From an uncultured Bacilli bacterium (GTDB lineage Bacteria; Bacillota_I; Bacilli_A; RF39; UBA660): DNA of 63,034 nucleotides. Where the stretch lies: positions 1 through 63,034 of the forward strand of contig CALVQO010000001.1 in assembly GCA_944358145.1 (NCBI GenBank). The letters are read 5' to 3'. This document shows, piece by piece, positions 1 through 9,977 of the stretch. A program made the position numbers and the translations under genes. Each line of letters begins with the position of its first letter. The stretch's first letter is position 1. The notes beneath the pieces were generated by a model, which was not told where the DNA came from, did no database searches, and saw nothing but the letters and a program-made list of their open reading frames with translations.

Positions 1-196
1 AATTACAAAATAAATAAAAAACCAGATTCTTTCTGGCTTTGCGAGATATTTTTAAATAACAACTGTCAAACTTGGGTATTAATTCGTTATTACTAATAAT
101 GTTTGTATTAATTAGTTCATTACTAATTGTACTATTATTAGTTTTATAGGAAAAAATAATGCAGTTGTTTGCTATACTAATTAATATCTTTTTCAC
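1..196 (-). CDS. possible 5-prime part of a hypothetical protein running off the left edge
   Basis: GTG at 194-196 (minus) with GGTGA 5 nt upstream. 65 codons stay open to the window edge in a very AT-rich background. N/I-rich, with no recognisable motif. Confidence 0.2.
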   Translation of the reverse strand, partial: MKKILISIANNCIIFSYKTNNSTISNELINTNIISNNELIPKFDSCYLKISRKARKNLVFYLFCN

Positions 197-319
197 ATTA
201 TTCACCACTAATATAATAACATATCTTGACATTTTTTTAAATAATTTTAAAAAAGATATTTATTTTTTACATTTTTATGATATAATTAGGTCATAATAGT
301 AGTGAAGGAAGAGGTTGTT

Positions 320-973
320 ATGAAGAAATTAATTATGATAGTTAGTGTTTTAGCGGCTACTCTTTTAGTTTTTCCGGTACGTGTAGAAGCTGTAGAACAA
401 TCAGGTTCTTATGATGCTCCAGCGTATGGTACAGTTGAATATGAGTGGGAATACGAAAATGAAGAGAATGGTGAAAAAATTTGGAGGTTTTATTTAACTC
501 CAAATCATGATATTACTTATCTTTATCTTGAATTAGTTCCTGTTAATGTTGAGGTTACTTCTGTAGAAGGTAGTAATGTCTTTGCTTTAGCTAATCATTC
601 AGGCTCTAATGTTTTTTTAGAGGCTGCAGGTGGAGTTAGCAGTGGAGAAAGAGTATTAATTATGACAGTTAGAACTACAGATGCTGAAGGTGCAGATGAA
701 CATTGTGAGTTGAATATCAGTTTCCTTAATTTAAATTGTAGTGTAAGTATTCCTGGATATTATTTTGATAATGATGGTAATCCTATTACTCAAGAAGAAT
801 ATAATCAAGTTTGTGGAAATACAACACCTGAGGAGCCTGAGACTCCTGGAGATGTTCCTAATTCACCTGAAACTGGTAGTGTAGTTCCTTATATTGCTAT
901 TGGTGGAGGTATACTTGCTATCATAGTTGTATATTTATTTAGTAGAAAATCTAATAAAGTTTATAAAATATAG
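320..973 (+). CDS. sortase-anchored cell-surface protein (SPETG sorting signal)
   Basis: ATG at 320 follows GAAGGAAGAGG, so the GTG at 302 in the ORF track is unlikely. N-terminal signal peptide. C-terminus is NSPETG plus a hydrophobic helix plus an RKSNK tail, the LPXTG-type architecture. Confidence 0.75.
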   Translation: MKKLIMIVSVLAATLLVFPVRVEAVEQSGSYDAPAYGTVEYEWEYENEENGEKIWRFYLTPNHDITYLYLELVPVNVEVTSVEGSNVFALANHSGSNVFLEAAGGVSSGERVLIMTVRTTDAEGADEHCELNISFLNLNCSVSIPGYYFDNDGNPITQEEYNQVCGNTTPEEPETPGDVPNSPETGSVVPYIAIGGGILAIIVVYLFSRKSNKVYKI

Positions 974-975
974 TA

Positions 976-999
976 AAAAGCACTAAATGTGCTTTTTTT
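976..999 (+). terminator. intrinsic terminator after the surface-protein gene
   Basis: AAAAGCAC-TAAAT-GTGCTTTT hairpin followed by a T-run. Confidence 0.7.
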
Positions 1000-1051
1000 A
1001 TTTGAAACATACATTAATTTATGGTATAGTTAATGTCAAGAGGTGAAGGTA

Positions 1052-2533
1052 ATGCGAGAATTTACGGAACAAGAACAAGTTCGAAGAGACAAATTAGAAA
1101 AAATTAGAGATATGGGTATTGATCCATTTGGTCATCGTTTTGAAGTGACTGATTTTTCAGAGGATATTAAGAAAAAATATGCTGGTTTTACTCATGATGA
1201 ATTAGAAGAAAAAAAGCCAATGGTTAAAGTTGCTGGAAGAATTATGTTTATTAGAAAGATGGGAAAGGCAAGTTTCTTTTCTTTAAAAGATAAATTTGGC
1301 AATATTCAAGTATATATTTCTATTAATGATATTGGGGAAGATGCCTATTCTTTATTTAAAAGTGCTGATATTGGTGATATTGTTGGTGTTAGTGGTAGAG
1401 TTATGCTTACTCAAACTGGTGAAATTACCATTAAGTGTTTAGAATATACTCATTTAGTAAAAGCTTTAAGACCACTTCCTGAAAAATATCATGGATTAAG
1501 TGATGTAGAAGAACGTTTTAGAAGAAGATATGTTGATTTAATTATGAATGATGATGCAAGACGTGTAGCTTTTGCTAGACCTAAAATTATTCGTTCTATT
1601 CAACATTATTTAGATAATTTAGGATATGTAGAAGTAGAAACTCCTATTTTGGGAACTATTTTGGGTGGTGCTGCAGCTAGACCATTTATTACTCATCATA
1701 ATGCTCAAAATATTGATATGTATTTACGTATTGCTACAGAGTTAAATTTAAAAAGACTTTTAGTTGGTGGTATGGATGCTGTTTATGAAATTGGTAGAAT
1801 ATTTAGAAATGAAGGTATGGATAAAAAGCATAATCCAGAGTTTACCACTATAGAATTATATAAAGCATTCTCTGATTTAGAGGGGATGATGGATATTACA
1901 GAAGGAATTATTAGTACATGTGCAATGGAGCTTAATGGTACTTATGAAGTAGATTTTTTAGGACACCATATTAGTTTAGCTCCTGGTTTTAGAAGAGCTC
2001 ATATGGTTGATTTAATTAAAGAGCAAACTGGTATTAATTTTTTTGAAGTTAAAAGTGTTGAAGAAGCAAGAAAACTTGCTATAGAACATAATGTTGAACT
2101 TGAAGAACATTTTGAATTTGGTCATATCGTTAATGCATTCTTTGAGAAGTATGTTGAAGATACGATTATTGAACCAACTTTTGTATTTGGTCATCCAATT
2201 GAAATTAGTCCACTTGCTAAAAAAGATCCTAATGATCCTAGATTTACCCAAAGATTTGAACTCTTTATTATTGGTAGTGAGTATGCTAATGCATTTACGG
2301 AGTTAAATGATCCAATTGATCAATATGAAAGATTTGAAAATCAATTAAAAGAAAGAGAACTTGGTAATGAAGAAGCAAATGATATGGATATTGATTTTGT
2401 TGAAGCATTAGAGTATGGTATGCCTCCTGCTGGTGGTATGGGTATGGGAATAGATCGTTTAGTTATGCTTCTTACAGGTAGTGAGACTATTCGTGAAGTT
2501 ATTTTGTTCCCACTTATGAAGCCTAGAGATTAA
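1052..2533 (+). CDS. lysS: lysine--tRNA ligase (class II)
   Basis: OB-fold N-domain plus class II core motifs (FRNEG, GxGxGIDRL near the C-terminus), typical about 493 aa length. ATG 1052 lies behind AAGAGGTGA. Confidence 0.95.
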   Translation: MREFTEQEQVRRDKLEKIRDMGIDPFGHRFEVTDFSEDIKKKYAGFTHDELEEKKPMVKVAGRIMFIRKMGKASFFSLKDKFGNIQVYISINDIGEDAYSLFKSADIGDIVGVSGRVMLTQTGEITIKCLEYTHLVKALRPLPEKYHGLSDVEERFRRRYVDLIMNDDARRVAFARPKIIRSIQHYLDNLGYVEVETPILGTILGGAAARPFITHHNAQNIDMYLRIATELNLKRLLVGGMDAVYEIGRIFRNEGMDKKHNPEFTTIELYKAFSDLEGMMDITEGIISTCAMELNGTYEVDFLGHHISLAPGFRRAHMVDLIKEQTGINFFEVKSVEEARKLAIEHNVELEEHFEFGHIVNAFFEKYVEDTIIEPTFVFGHPIEISPLAKKDPNDPRFTQRFELFIIGSEYANAFTELNDPIDQYERFENQLKERELGNEEANDMDIDFVEALEYGMPPAGGMGMGIDRLVMLLTGSETIREVILFPLMKPRD

Positions 2534-2559
2534 GAATGATTAAGTTCATTCTTTTTTTT
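2533..2559 (+). terminator. intrinsic terminator after lysS
   Basis: AGAATGA-TTAAGT-TCATTCT hairpin plus T8. The same 26-nt sequence recurs at 13264-13289. Confidence 0.8.
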
Positions 2560-2669
2560 AAGAAAATTTTATAAAAAATTTCTATTTCATAAAATTTTCA
2601 CATAAAAACGACAAGTTTTTCTTTTTTTTTAAAATAATTTGTATTATAATCATGTTTAGGAGGGAATTT

Positions 2670-4133
2670 ATGAAGAAAAAAGAAAAGAGATATGGTCTTT
2701 TAAAGGGTGTATTAATTCTTGTTATACTTGCATTTGTTCTTACTTGGGTTATTCCTGCAGGTGGGTATACTTCATCTGGTTTTACTGAAACAGGAATGGC
2801 TAGATTAGGACTTTATGATGTTGCATATTCAATTTATTATGCATTCTCATTTGCAGTTGACAAAATTGTACTGTTACTTGCTATAGGTGCTTTTTATGGA
2901 GTACTTACTAGAACACAAGGCTATGAAAGAATCGTATCTGGTATTGCAAGTAGAATTAAACATAAGAAAGTGGCAGTTGTTGTTATTTCTGTTATCTTAG
3001 CAGCTTTAACTAGTTTACTTACTCAAACCTTTGTTGTTTTAATTTTTGTTCCATTTATTATTTCTATATTAAATCGAATGAAATTAGATAAAATGACAAT
3101 TTTAGCTACAACATTTGGTTCTATTTTAGTTGGTATTATGGGAGCTACTTATGGAACAGATGGCGTTAGTATGTTTAACTATTATTTAGGTTTTACTACT
3201 ACTACTGCAACTGATTTACCATATTCTATACCACCAGCACTTTTAGTTCGGGCAGGTATTTTACTCATTGGGTTAGTCTTATTTAATTTCTTTACTTTAG
3301 CACATATGAGTAAAGTAGATAAGAAAGCTCAAAGTGTTGATTTGTTTGAAGTAGAAGTAGCAGAGGATAGAACTAAGAAAACAAAAACAATGATTCCAAT
3401 TATTGTTGTTGGGGTAGTATTGTTTGCTTTAGTCATCTTAGGATTCATTAATTGGAGTGATAATTTTGGAATTGAAGCTTTTAATGATTTCCATGATTTT
3501 ATTACTACTGATATTCGAATTGAAGGATCTACTGAATCTAGTGATGATTTCTTTATTTTCCAAGATTTACTTGGTACACAAATGAGTGCTTTAGGTACTT
3601 GGAATAATATTACTATTAGTTCAATATTGATCTTATTTACAGTTATTTTGGCTTTATGTTATCGTTTTAAATTTAGTGAATTTATTGATAGTATAAAGCA
3701 TGGTGCTAAAAAGATGTTTCTTCCATCTGTTTGTATTGTTGGAGCATATCTACTCATGATTGTTGTTTATCAATCAACCTTTTTAGCAACAATTGTAAAT
3801 AGAATTCTTACTTTAACTGATAGCTTTAATATAGCTACGATGACACTTTCTGCTTTAATCTTAAATATTTTCCATACTGATTTAGGATTTACAGGTTGGG
3901 TTATTGGAGCGTATTTACCAGTAGAGTATGCTGATTATATGAATCCGGTTTATACTATGTTTACTTCTTTATATGGATTTGTTCAATTTTTTATTCCTAC
4001 AAGTATGATATTAGGAGTTGGACTTCTTTCTTTAAAAGTTAAATATAGTGACTGGTTAAAATATATTTGGCGTTTCTTAGTAGGTATGTTTATTTGTTTA
4101 CTTGTAATATTTATTCTTATGACTATAATTTAA
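2670..4133 (+). CDS. YfcC-family (C4-dicarboxylate-anaerobic-carrier-like) integral membrane transporter
   Basis: At least 10 predicted TM helices. N-terminal LTWVIPAGGY motif is typical of YfcC-type proteins. ATG 2670 lies behind TAGGAGGGA. Confidence 0.6.
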   Translation: MKKKEKRYGLLKGVLILVILAFVLTWVIPAGGYTSSGFTETGMARLGLYDVAYSIYYAFSFAVDKIVLLLAIGAFYGVLTRTQGYERIVSGIASRIKHKKVAVVVISVILAALTSLLTQTFVVLIFVPFIISILNRMKLDKMTILATTFGSILVGIMGATYGTDGVSMFNYYLGFTTTTATDLPYSIPPALLVRAGILLIGLVLFNFFTLAHMSKVDKKAQSVDLFEVEVAEDRTKKTKTMIPIIVVGVVLFALVILGFINWSDNFGIEAFNDFHDFITTDIRIEGSTESSDDFFIFQDLLGTQMSALGTWNNITISSILILFTVILALCYRFKFSEFIDSIKHGAKKMFLPSVCIVGAYLLMIVVYQSTFLATIVNRILTLTDSFNIATMTLSALILNIFHTDLGFTGWVIGAYLPVEYADYMNPVYTMFTSLYGFVQFFIPTSMILGVGLLSLKVKYSDWLKYIWRFLVGMFICLLVIFILMTII

Positions 4134-4224
4134 AAGGGAGCTTTTATGCTTCTTTTTTCTTTCTTTATATTGAAAATATAAGAAAATCATGTTATAATTT
4201 GAATTATGAGGTTGGTGTTATACT

Positions 4225-4971
4225 ATGAGTAAATTTAAAGTTTTAATTTTTACCCTGGTTTTATTCTTTGCTAGTACAACTTATGCTCATGCTGCATGTG
4301 ATGCAAATGAATTAAATACACTTAGGGGTGTTGCATCTAATGTTAGAGTAAGTTATGAAGAGATGAGAGAACCACTTGATCCTTCAGAATATACTCCACC
4401 AGATGGAACAAGTTCAGATGATTATACTGCCTATTATACGTTCTTTCGAGTTTATATTACAAATTTAACAGAAGATATTTATGTAGAAGTACGTAATAGT
4501 GCTACAGGAGAGACAACTACTTATACTTATGATCAAAGTGATAATGGAACAATTACTTTTGATTGGGAAGAAATTACGGTAATGGTTAATTATACGATTA
4601 CAGTATATAGTTCAAGTAATACTAATTGCCCTGATACAGAATTATATACGTTGTATTTGACTACTCCTAGATTTAATCAATATAGTACTTATGATTTGTG
4701 TGAGGGAGCAGAAGATTTCTATTTGTGTTATGAGTATTTGTCAGTTGAAGATGTTTCTTTTGGAGAGTTTGTCGAATTAGTTGAACGTTATAAAGCTGGA
4801 CAAATTGATGATGGTAGTAACGTGGAAGAACCTGATGATGGAGGTAATGGGTTTATTGCATTTTTGGGTGATCATTATATAGCAATTATTATTATTGCTG
4901 TAGTGGTTATTGCTGTGGGGGTTACTGTAACGGTGATAATAGTGAAAAAGCAAAGGAGAAGAGTAGTATGA
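4225..4971 (+). CDS. exported protein with C-terminal membrane anchor; first gene of the Tad-like operon
   Basis: Signal peptide ending AHA. Acidic Cys-containing ectodomain. C-terminal TM helix plus KKQRRRVV stop-transfer tail. Its stop overlaps the next start (ATGA at 4968). Confidence 0.6.
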   Translation: MSKFKVLIFTLVLFFASTTYAHAACDANELNTLRGVASNVRVSYEEMREPLDPSEYTPPDGTSSDDYTAYYTFFRVYITNLTEDIYVEVRNSATGETTTYTYDQSDNGTITFDWEEITVMVNYTITVYSSSNTNCPDTELYTLYLTTPRFNQYSTYDLCEGAEDFYLCYEYLSVEDVSFGEFVELVERYKAGQIDDGSNVEEPDDGGNGFIAFLGDHYIAIIIIAVVVIAVGVTVTVIIVKKQRRRVV

Positions 4972-7900
4972 AGAAAATACTAAAAAGTATTAGCTTATTT
5001 GCTATTACAATTATGGCTGGCTGTTTATTTATCAGTCATGTAAATGCTGAGACTAGATATGGATCTGTTCATACAAGTGGTGTTACACCAGGATCAACAA
5101 CAACAACAAAGACTTCTACTCATCAGCCACTTCAAGATTTAGGACAAATTGTTATTAAAAAAGAAAATGGCGAAGTTACAGAATATCGTGGTTCCATGCC
5201 GTTTTATATTCATAGTGAAAGCGGAACTGGGTTACCATTTTACTGTTTAGATGCTAACTTAAATGGTTTTGGTACATTAAAGGCTACAAGATTTTTACTA
5301 GGTGATTTTGAAGATAATGTTTATTCTTATGACTTAGCAGTAATGCATGTTATGTTATCTGATGCTAGTTATGAAATTAAGAGTTTAGTTATTCGTACTT
5401 TAACTGCTACATGGAATCACGGCAGAAGTGGTTCTGGTGTAGGGGTTACAGAGGATTCAATGGCTCTTACTAGTGCATATTATGGAATTGCTTATGACTG
5501 GATTACTTCTGATAGTGGTATTAGAGCTAGTTATGATACTATTGCTGGTAGTTTTTCATCAGGAATTATTAGTACTTTAAGTTCTCTAAGTAGTAGAAGT
5601 AAAGGTTATACCTTTAATGATGCGATGGTTGGAAGAGATCAAGCTAAACAATTATTTGCAGAAGCTTTAGAAATTGCTGCTGAATATTTGTCAGGTGATG
5701 GAACTACTCAAGTAGTAGAAGAACCTGCTTCTTCTTGGTCTACTTATCAAGTTGAAGAAAGAGAATATGGTGAATATCATTCTTTCCAAACTACACAAAC
5801 ATTTACTTTAAAGAATTTTACTAATGATGGAAATGCCTCATTTGTTATTGATACTTTAGAGTATGAAGAGGCTTTGGAAGATCTTGGTGTTATTGATCAA
5901 CCTAGAATTGTTGGAATTAAAATTAATGGTACAGATTACACAAATAATTGGGGTTCTTTTTATGGGGCTATAGGTCAGAACCTTTTAGAACCATTAAATA
6001 GTTCCAATGCTATTACTGATGAAATTACTATTGAAATTACTATTGAGTTTTTTGGGGCTACTAATGTCCCAGAAGAATTACAAGGTACATATGGTAATTT
6101 GAATTGTGGTCAACAACCAATGAAATGGCATATGGATTATACTTATAATGATACGGGATTAAATGGTGAATATAGTAACTATTTAGGTGTTGTTTGGGAA
6201 GCTACAAGAAATGATAGCGATTCTGAACATCAAAGATTTGTAAGTATTGAACCAATTGATAATGCTGAAGAAAATGAAGGCGTTTCAGATTCTGTTAATG
6301 GTGAAGTATCATTAATTGATGGATGTAATTGTGATGATTTAGTAGATGCATGTATAGCTTCTGGAAGTCTTGATAGTGAAGAATGTGATGAATTATTTGA
6401 AGCTGACTGTGGTGAATGTGATGAGCTTTATGTTGAATGCAAACTTGGCGATCGAACAGCTTGTGATACTTACAGAGAAACATGTAGTGCTAAATGTGAA
6501 AGTGATGTTTCAACGTTTGAATGTTGTACTGCTGATGGACAATGGTTAGAGATTTCTCAATCTGATAATATAGATGCTTATATTCATGGACCTGATGAGC
6601 CAACTATGTGTTTTGTTAATAAAGTGGATAATCAAAAAGACGAAGAAGATGGTTATCTTGATGCTGAAGGTATAAAAGATGATGTAGATAATTCTTATAC
6701 AGAAATTAAGGGTAAGAAATATTGCTTAGTTTCTTGTAAAGAAGATTATAATATGTCTATGCCTGCCGCTAAACTTGTAAATGCAGGTAGATACTTTACT
6801 TTTAACGCTGCAATAGATGGTACTAAGACATGTTATACTAATACAATTGATAGAGAATTATATAACGAAGATATCATTGAAATTCAAAAGAGAATATATA
6901 CTGCATATAATGGATATATTAGATATTGGACTGCTCTGAATCAGGGACATCCGCATAGTGAAGAGCTTGAGGAAATCGTTACTAGTTGTACTCCAAATTG
7001 TAACAGAAATACTGAAACAACGGGTCAGTATATTCCTGGCGCTACTACTGATCCATTTGATTATGTTATTTATGAACCTGATTTTGATGAAAATACTGGT
7101 CAAGTAACTAGTTTAAATCCTCAGAAAGTTACTGGTGACGTAATTTCTCAGGATTCTAAAGTTACGCCTAATACTAATGGGCCAATTTCATGTCCGTATA
7201 AATATCTGGGTCCAGATGGAAAGGAACATACAGGACATCGTGATAAAAGTTGTACTTGGTATAGTTATGAGGAGTATACTGGTGAAGATTTAAGAACTGA
7301 TTTAGAAAAAGAAATGAATGGTTATAAAACAGCTCTTGAAACTGCTTTGGCTGATTATAAAGCTGCAATTGAAGAGTATAATTCATGTTCTGAGTGGAGT
7401 TCTGAAATAAAATATAAACCTGATGTTTATTATGATTATGAAGAGGATTATTTAGCTGACCATTATAATAATCGTGGAGAAATGGATCCAACTGTTGAAA
7501 GTAAAAATAATTCTGAATGGTACTGTAATGGTAATTTTACTTCTTTTGTTGATTATGGTAAAATTAATAACGAATATGATCAATGTAATAATTCTACTGG
7601 ATATCAAACTCATGAAATGACTTATATAATTTGTGATCCTGATAAGAGGGAATGTAAAGAAGATAAAAAACAGATGTCAGATGCTACTTATAAGAAGGTT
7701 ACTTCTCAAATAAGCGTAACCTATAAACCAGCTACAATGTTCTATAATGAATATCCTAGTGGAATGGTTGGACCTATTGATGATATGCCAGATCAGAATG
7801 CTATACCAATTGAAAATGCTTTACCTGTTGCTCTTGATACAGCTCGTGGTATTTATGAATATTCAGTTCATGTTAATAACTTGGGTGAGTATTATGATAC

Positions 7901-8654
7901 TGACGATGTAGGACGTTTAGTTGGTGGTAGTGGCCGTCAAGATGCTGTTGTTAATGATGGTTCATTTGATGTATATCTTGGTGATGATGGCTCTATTCAA
8001 TATATGTGTGCTTATCTAGTTAATATGGGAACTATGGATGAAGACTTTAATATTGTTTGTGACTGGGATAATTGTGAAGATGGTGACTGTACATCTAATT
8101 GTGTTGGTCCAAACTGTGAAACTGGTGATGAAGAATGTTATGGTGAAGACTGTGTGTCTAAGTGTATTGGCGCTGGATGTATATACGATTCATATGCAGG
8201 TTCATCATTACTTGAAAGAGTTATATCTTTAAATAATTTATTCCCTAATGGAACTGATTCTTATAACTGGAATCGTGAAGTAAATGAAAAGGCTGCTGAA
8301 ACTATTGATCAAATAGAGGATGCTGGAAATGCTATTTATGATGAAGAACCAATTTTAAGTGTTACTATATCACCAAGTACTGCTAGAGAGATTAAAGCTT
8401 ATAATGATGATGCTGAAAGCGATGGTGGATATTCAAATTCTACATTGATCTGTGAATCTGTTGGTGGATATGATATGATTGGATGTTATAGTACATTTAT
8501 TGATGATTTAATTGATGGTGTATATGGCTCTGATATTATTAATGATCGAAGTTTGATTATGGGCGGAAGCTATCGTAGCAATAGTAGTAATTATTTCAAA
8601 TTATGGGATGGTACAATAGATGCAGAAAGCATGCTTGGACCATCTTGGTATTAG
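4968..8654 (+). CDS. 1,228-aa secreted cysteine-rich protein of unknown function
   Basis: Long uninterrupted ORF in AT-rich DNA. Signal peptide (..ISHVNA/ET). Two dense Cys clusters at about nt 6324-6530 and 8058-8180. No C-terminal anchor. Confidence 0.8.
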   Translation: MKKILKSISLFAITIMAGCLFISHVNAETRYGSVHTSGVTPGSTTTTKTSTHQPLQDLGQIVIKKENGEVTEYRGSMPFYIHSESGTGLPFYCLDANLNGFGTLKATRFLLGDFEDNVYSYDLAVMHVMLSDASYEIKSLVIRTLTATWNHGRSGSGVGVTEDSMALTSAYYGIAYDWITSDSGIRASYDTIAGSFSSGIISTLSSLSSRSKGYTFNDAMVGRDQAKQLFAEALEIAAEYLSGDGTTQVVEEPASSWSTYQVEEREYGEYHSFQTTQTFTLKNFTNDGNASFVIDTLEYEEALEDLGVIDQPRIVGIKINGTDYTNNWGSFYGAIGQNLLEPLNSSNAITDEITIEITIEFFGATNVPEELQGTYGNLNCGQQPMKWHMDYTYNDTGLNGEYSNYLGVVWEATRNDSDSEHQRFVSIEPIDNAEENEGVSDSVNGEVSLIDGCNCDDLVDACIASGSLDSEECDELFEADCGECDELYVECKLGDRTACDTYRETCSAKCESDVSTFECCTADGQWLEISQSDNIDAYIHGPDEPTMCFVNKVDNQKDEEDGYLDAEGIKDDVDNSYTEIKGKKYCLVSCKEDYNMSMPAAKLVNAGRYFTFNAAIDGTKTCYTNTIDRELYNEDIIEIQKRIYTAYNGYIRYWTALNQGHPHSEELEEIVTSCTPNCNRNTETTGQYIPGATTDPFDYVIYEPDFDENTGQVTSLNPQKVTGDVISQDSKVTPNTNGPISCPYKYLGPDGKEHTGHRDKSCTWYSYEEYTGEDLRTDLEKEMNGYKTALETALADYKAAIEEYNSCSEWSSEIKYKPDVYYDYEEDYLADHYNNRGEMDPTVESKNNSEWYCNGNFTSFVDYGKINNEYDQCNNSTGYQTHEMTYIICDPDKRECKEDKKQMSDATYKKVTSQISVTYKPATMFYNEYPSGMVGPIDDMPDQNAIPIENALPVALDTARGIYEYSVHVNNLGEYYDTDDVGRLVGGSGRQDAVVNDGSFDVYLGDDGSIQYMCAYLVNMGTMDEDFNIVCDWDNCEDGDCTSNCVGPNCETGDEECYGEDCVSKCIGAGCIYDSYAGSSLLERVISLNNLFPNGTDSYNWNREVNEKAAETIDQIEDAGNAIYDEEPILSVTISPSTAREIKAYNDDAESDGGYSNSTLICESVGGYDMIGCYSTFIDDLIDGVYGSDIINDRSLIMGGSYRSNSSNYFKLWDGTIDAESMLGPSWY

Positions 8655-8673
8655 GAAAGAGGTGCTGTAGAAA

Positions 8674-9096
8674 ATGACGCAATCTTCATATTGGGGTTAT
8701 TGGTTAATTACTTTTGGTGTTGCCATTGTAGGTTTAATGATTTCAGTACAAGGAATTACTACTAATACCACCCAAGATAGTTATGCGATAAGAGAAATAG
8801 CTGAAGCTTCAATGCTTGAAGCTGTAGATTATGGTTATTATCGTGATTATAATGAAATTAAAATTAATAAAGAAAAATTTATGGAAGTCTTTATTAGAAT
8901 GACTGCTGAAGTTATGGGAGTGAATGATTCATATGAAGTTAACTTTTATGCTATTTATGAAGCTCCCCCTAAGGTCAGCGTTGAAATAAAAACTAATAGT
9001 GGTACTAATTTTATTAATACTGGTGATTATGATACTGTTAGTAGAATAGATGCTATTATTCAGATTCATGCTGAAGAAGTAGGAGAGGAAGAATAA
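8674..9096 (+). CDS. small N-terminally anchored protein (possible minor pilin / pseudopilin-like component)
   Basis: RBS GAAAGAGGTG. Single N-terminal hydrophobic helix (WLITFGVAIVGLMISV) followed by a 110-aa soluble domain. No class III signal motif seen. Confidence 0.5.
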   Translation: MTQSSYWGYWLITFGVAIVGLMISVQGITTNTTQDSYAIREIAEASMLEAVDYGYYRDYNEIKINKEKFMEVFIRMTAEVMGVNDSYEVNFYAIYEAPPKVSVEIKTNSGTNFINTGDYDTVSRIDAIIQIHAEEVGEEE

Positions 9097-9106
9097 GGAG
9101 GATAAA

Positions 9107-9949
9107 ATGGGGAATATAGTAACAACGATTAAAAGATTTTTATCAAATAAAAATACTATTACTATACTTGGTGTGTTAGCTGGAATTGTAGTTTTGTATT
9201 TAGGTTATAATTATCGTGTTGATCAAGCGATTGACACAATAGCTATTCCATATGCTAGAGAAACAATTACAGCAACTTCAGAAATTACTCAGGAAATGGT
9301 CGATACAACAGAAGTTCTAAGATCTTTTGTTTCCGCTAATAGTAATGTTATTACTGGTATGGATGCTTTAATTAATCAAACAGATCCTAGGTGTATTACA
9401 TATGGAACTAGTGTTCCACAAGGTGCTTTTTTCTACACTGAACAAGTTGTTTCATGTAGTTCAGCACCAAATGATCCACTTAAGAATATGCCTGATGGTT
9501 ATGCGCCATTCTCTTTATCAGTAGATATTCATACTACTTATGGTAATTCTATGTATCCTGGTGATTTTATCGATTTGTATGTTAAAATGACTAGTCGTGA
9601 TAATCGAATTATATTTGGTAAATTTATTGAAAAAATTGAAATTTTGGATGTTCGTGATAGTCAAGGTATTAGTGTATTCTTGACTAGTGAAGCGAGAACT
9701 CCTGCAGAATTATTGTTTGCAGTTCCAGAGGATTTGTTCTTGTTATTAAGTAAAGCAACCTATGTTAACAGTGTAGAGATTATACCAGTACCTAGAAATG
9801 CTTCTTATACCACAAATCCAGGAGAGACAGCTGTAACTAGTGAATACCTACGAAATGAAATTGAATATTATACTCAGGATATTCCGGATGAAGTAGTTCA
9901 ATATCCACCAAGTAGTAGTAATAATGATGATACAACTACAACGGAATAA
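9107..9949 (+). CDS. CpaB/RcpC-like Flp-pilus assembly protein
   Basis: N-terminal TM, a SAF-like segment (ITATSEITQEMVDTTEV), then a PGDFIDLYV ... IEILDVRD pattern as in CpaB. RBS AAGGAGG. Confidence 0.65.
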   Translation: MGNIVTTIKRFLSNKNTITILGVLAGIVVLYLGYNYRVDQAIDTIAIPYARETITATSEITQEMVDTTEVLRSFVSANSNVITGMDALINQTDPRCITYGTSVPQGAFFYTEQVVSCSSAPNDPLKNMPDGYAPFSLSVDIHTTYGNSMYPGDFIDLYVKMTSRDNRIIFGKFIEKIEILDVRDSQGISVFLTSEARTPAELLFAVPEDLFLLLSKATYVNSVEIIPVPRNASYTTNPGETAVTSEYLRNEIEYYTQDIPDEVVQYPPSSSNNDDTTTTE

Positions 9950-9977
9950 AGATAAAGAATAAAAGGGAGGTGCTTAT

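Noticed and set aside
2012-2306. ORF-track entries 2012-2251(-) and 2091-2306(+) inside lysS.
   Set aside because: They are fully embedded in a confidently identified gene, have low-complexity K/N/F/L-rich translations and lack an RBS.
5220-5420. PFYCLDANL in the 1,228-aa protein resembles the Cys motif (YC[IL][ED]) of thioester domains.
   Set aside because: The partner TQxxxW glutamine motif is not present; the nearest candidate reads TLTATW. A thioester domain cannot be claimed.
6295-8232. ORF-track entries 6295-6483(-), 6858-7103(-), 7174-7491(-) and 8038-8232(+) inside the 1,228-aa gene.
   Set aside because: These are antisense or alternate-frame ORFs within a long coding region, with compositionally biased translations and no start signals.
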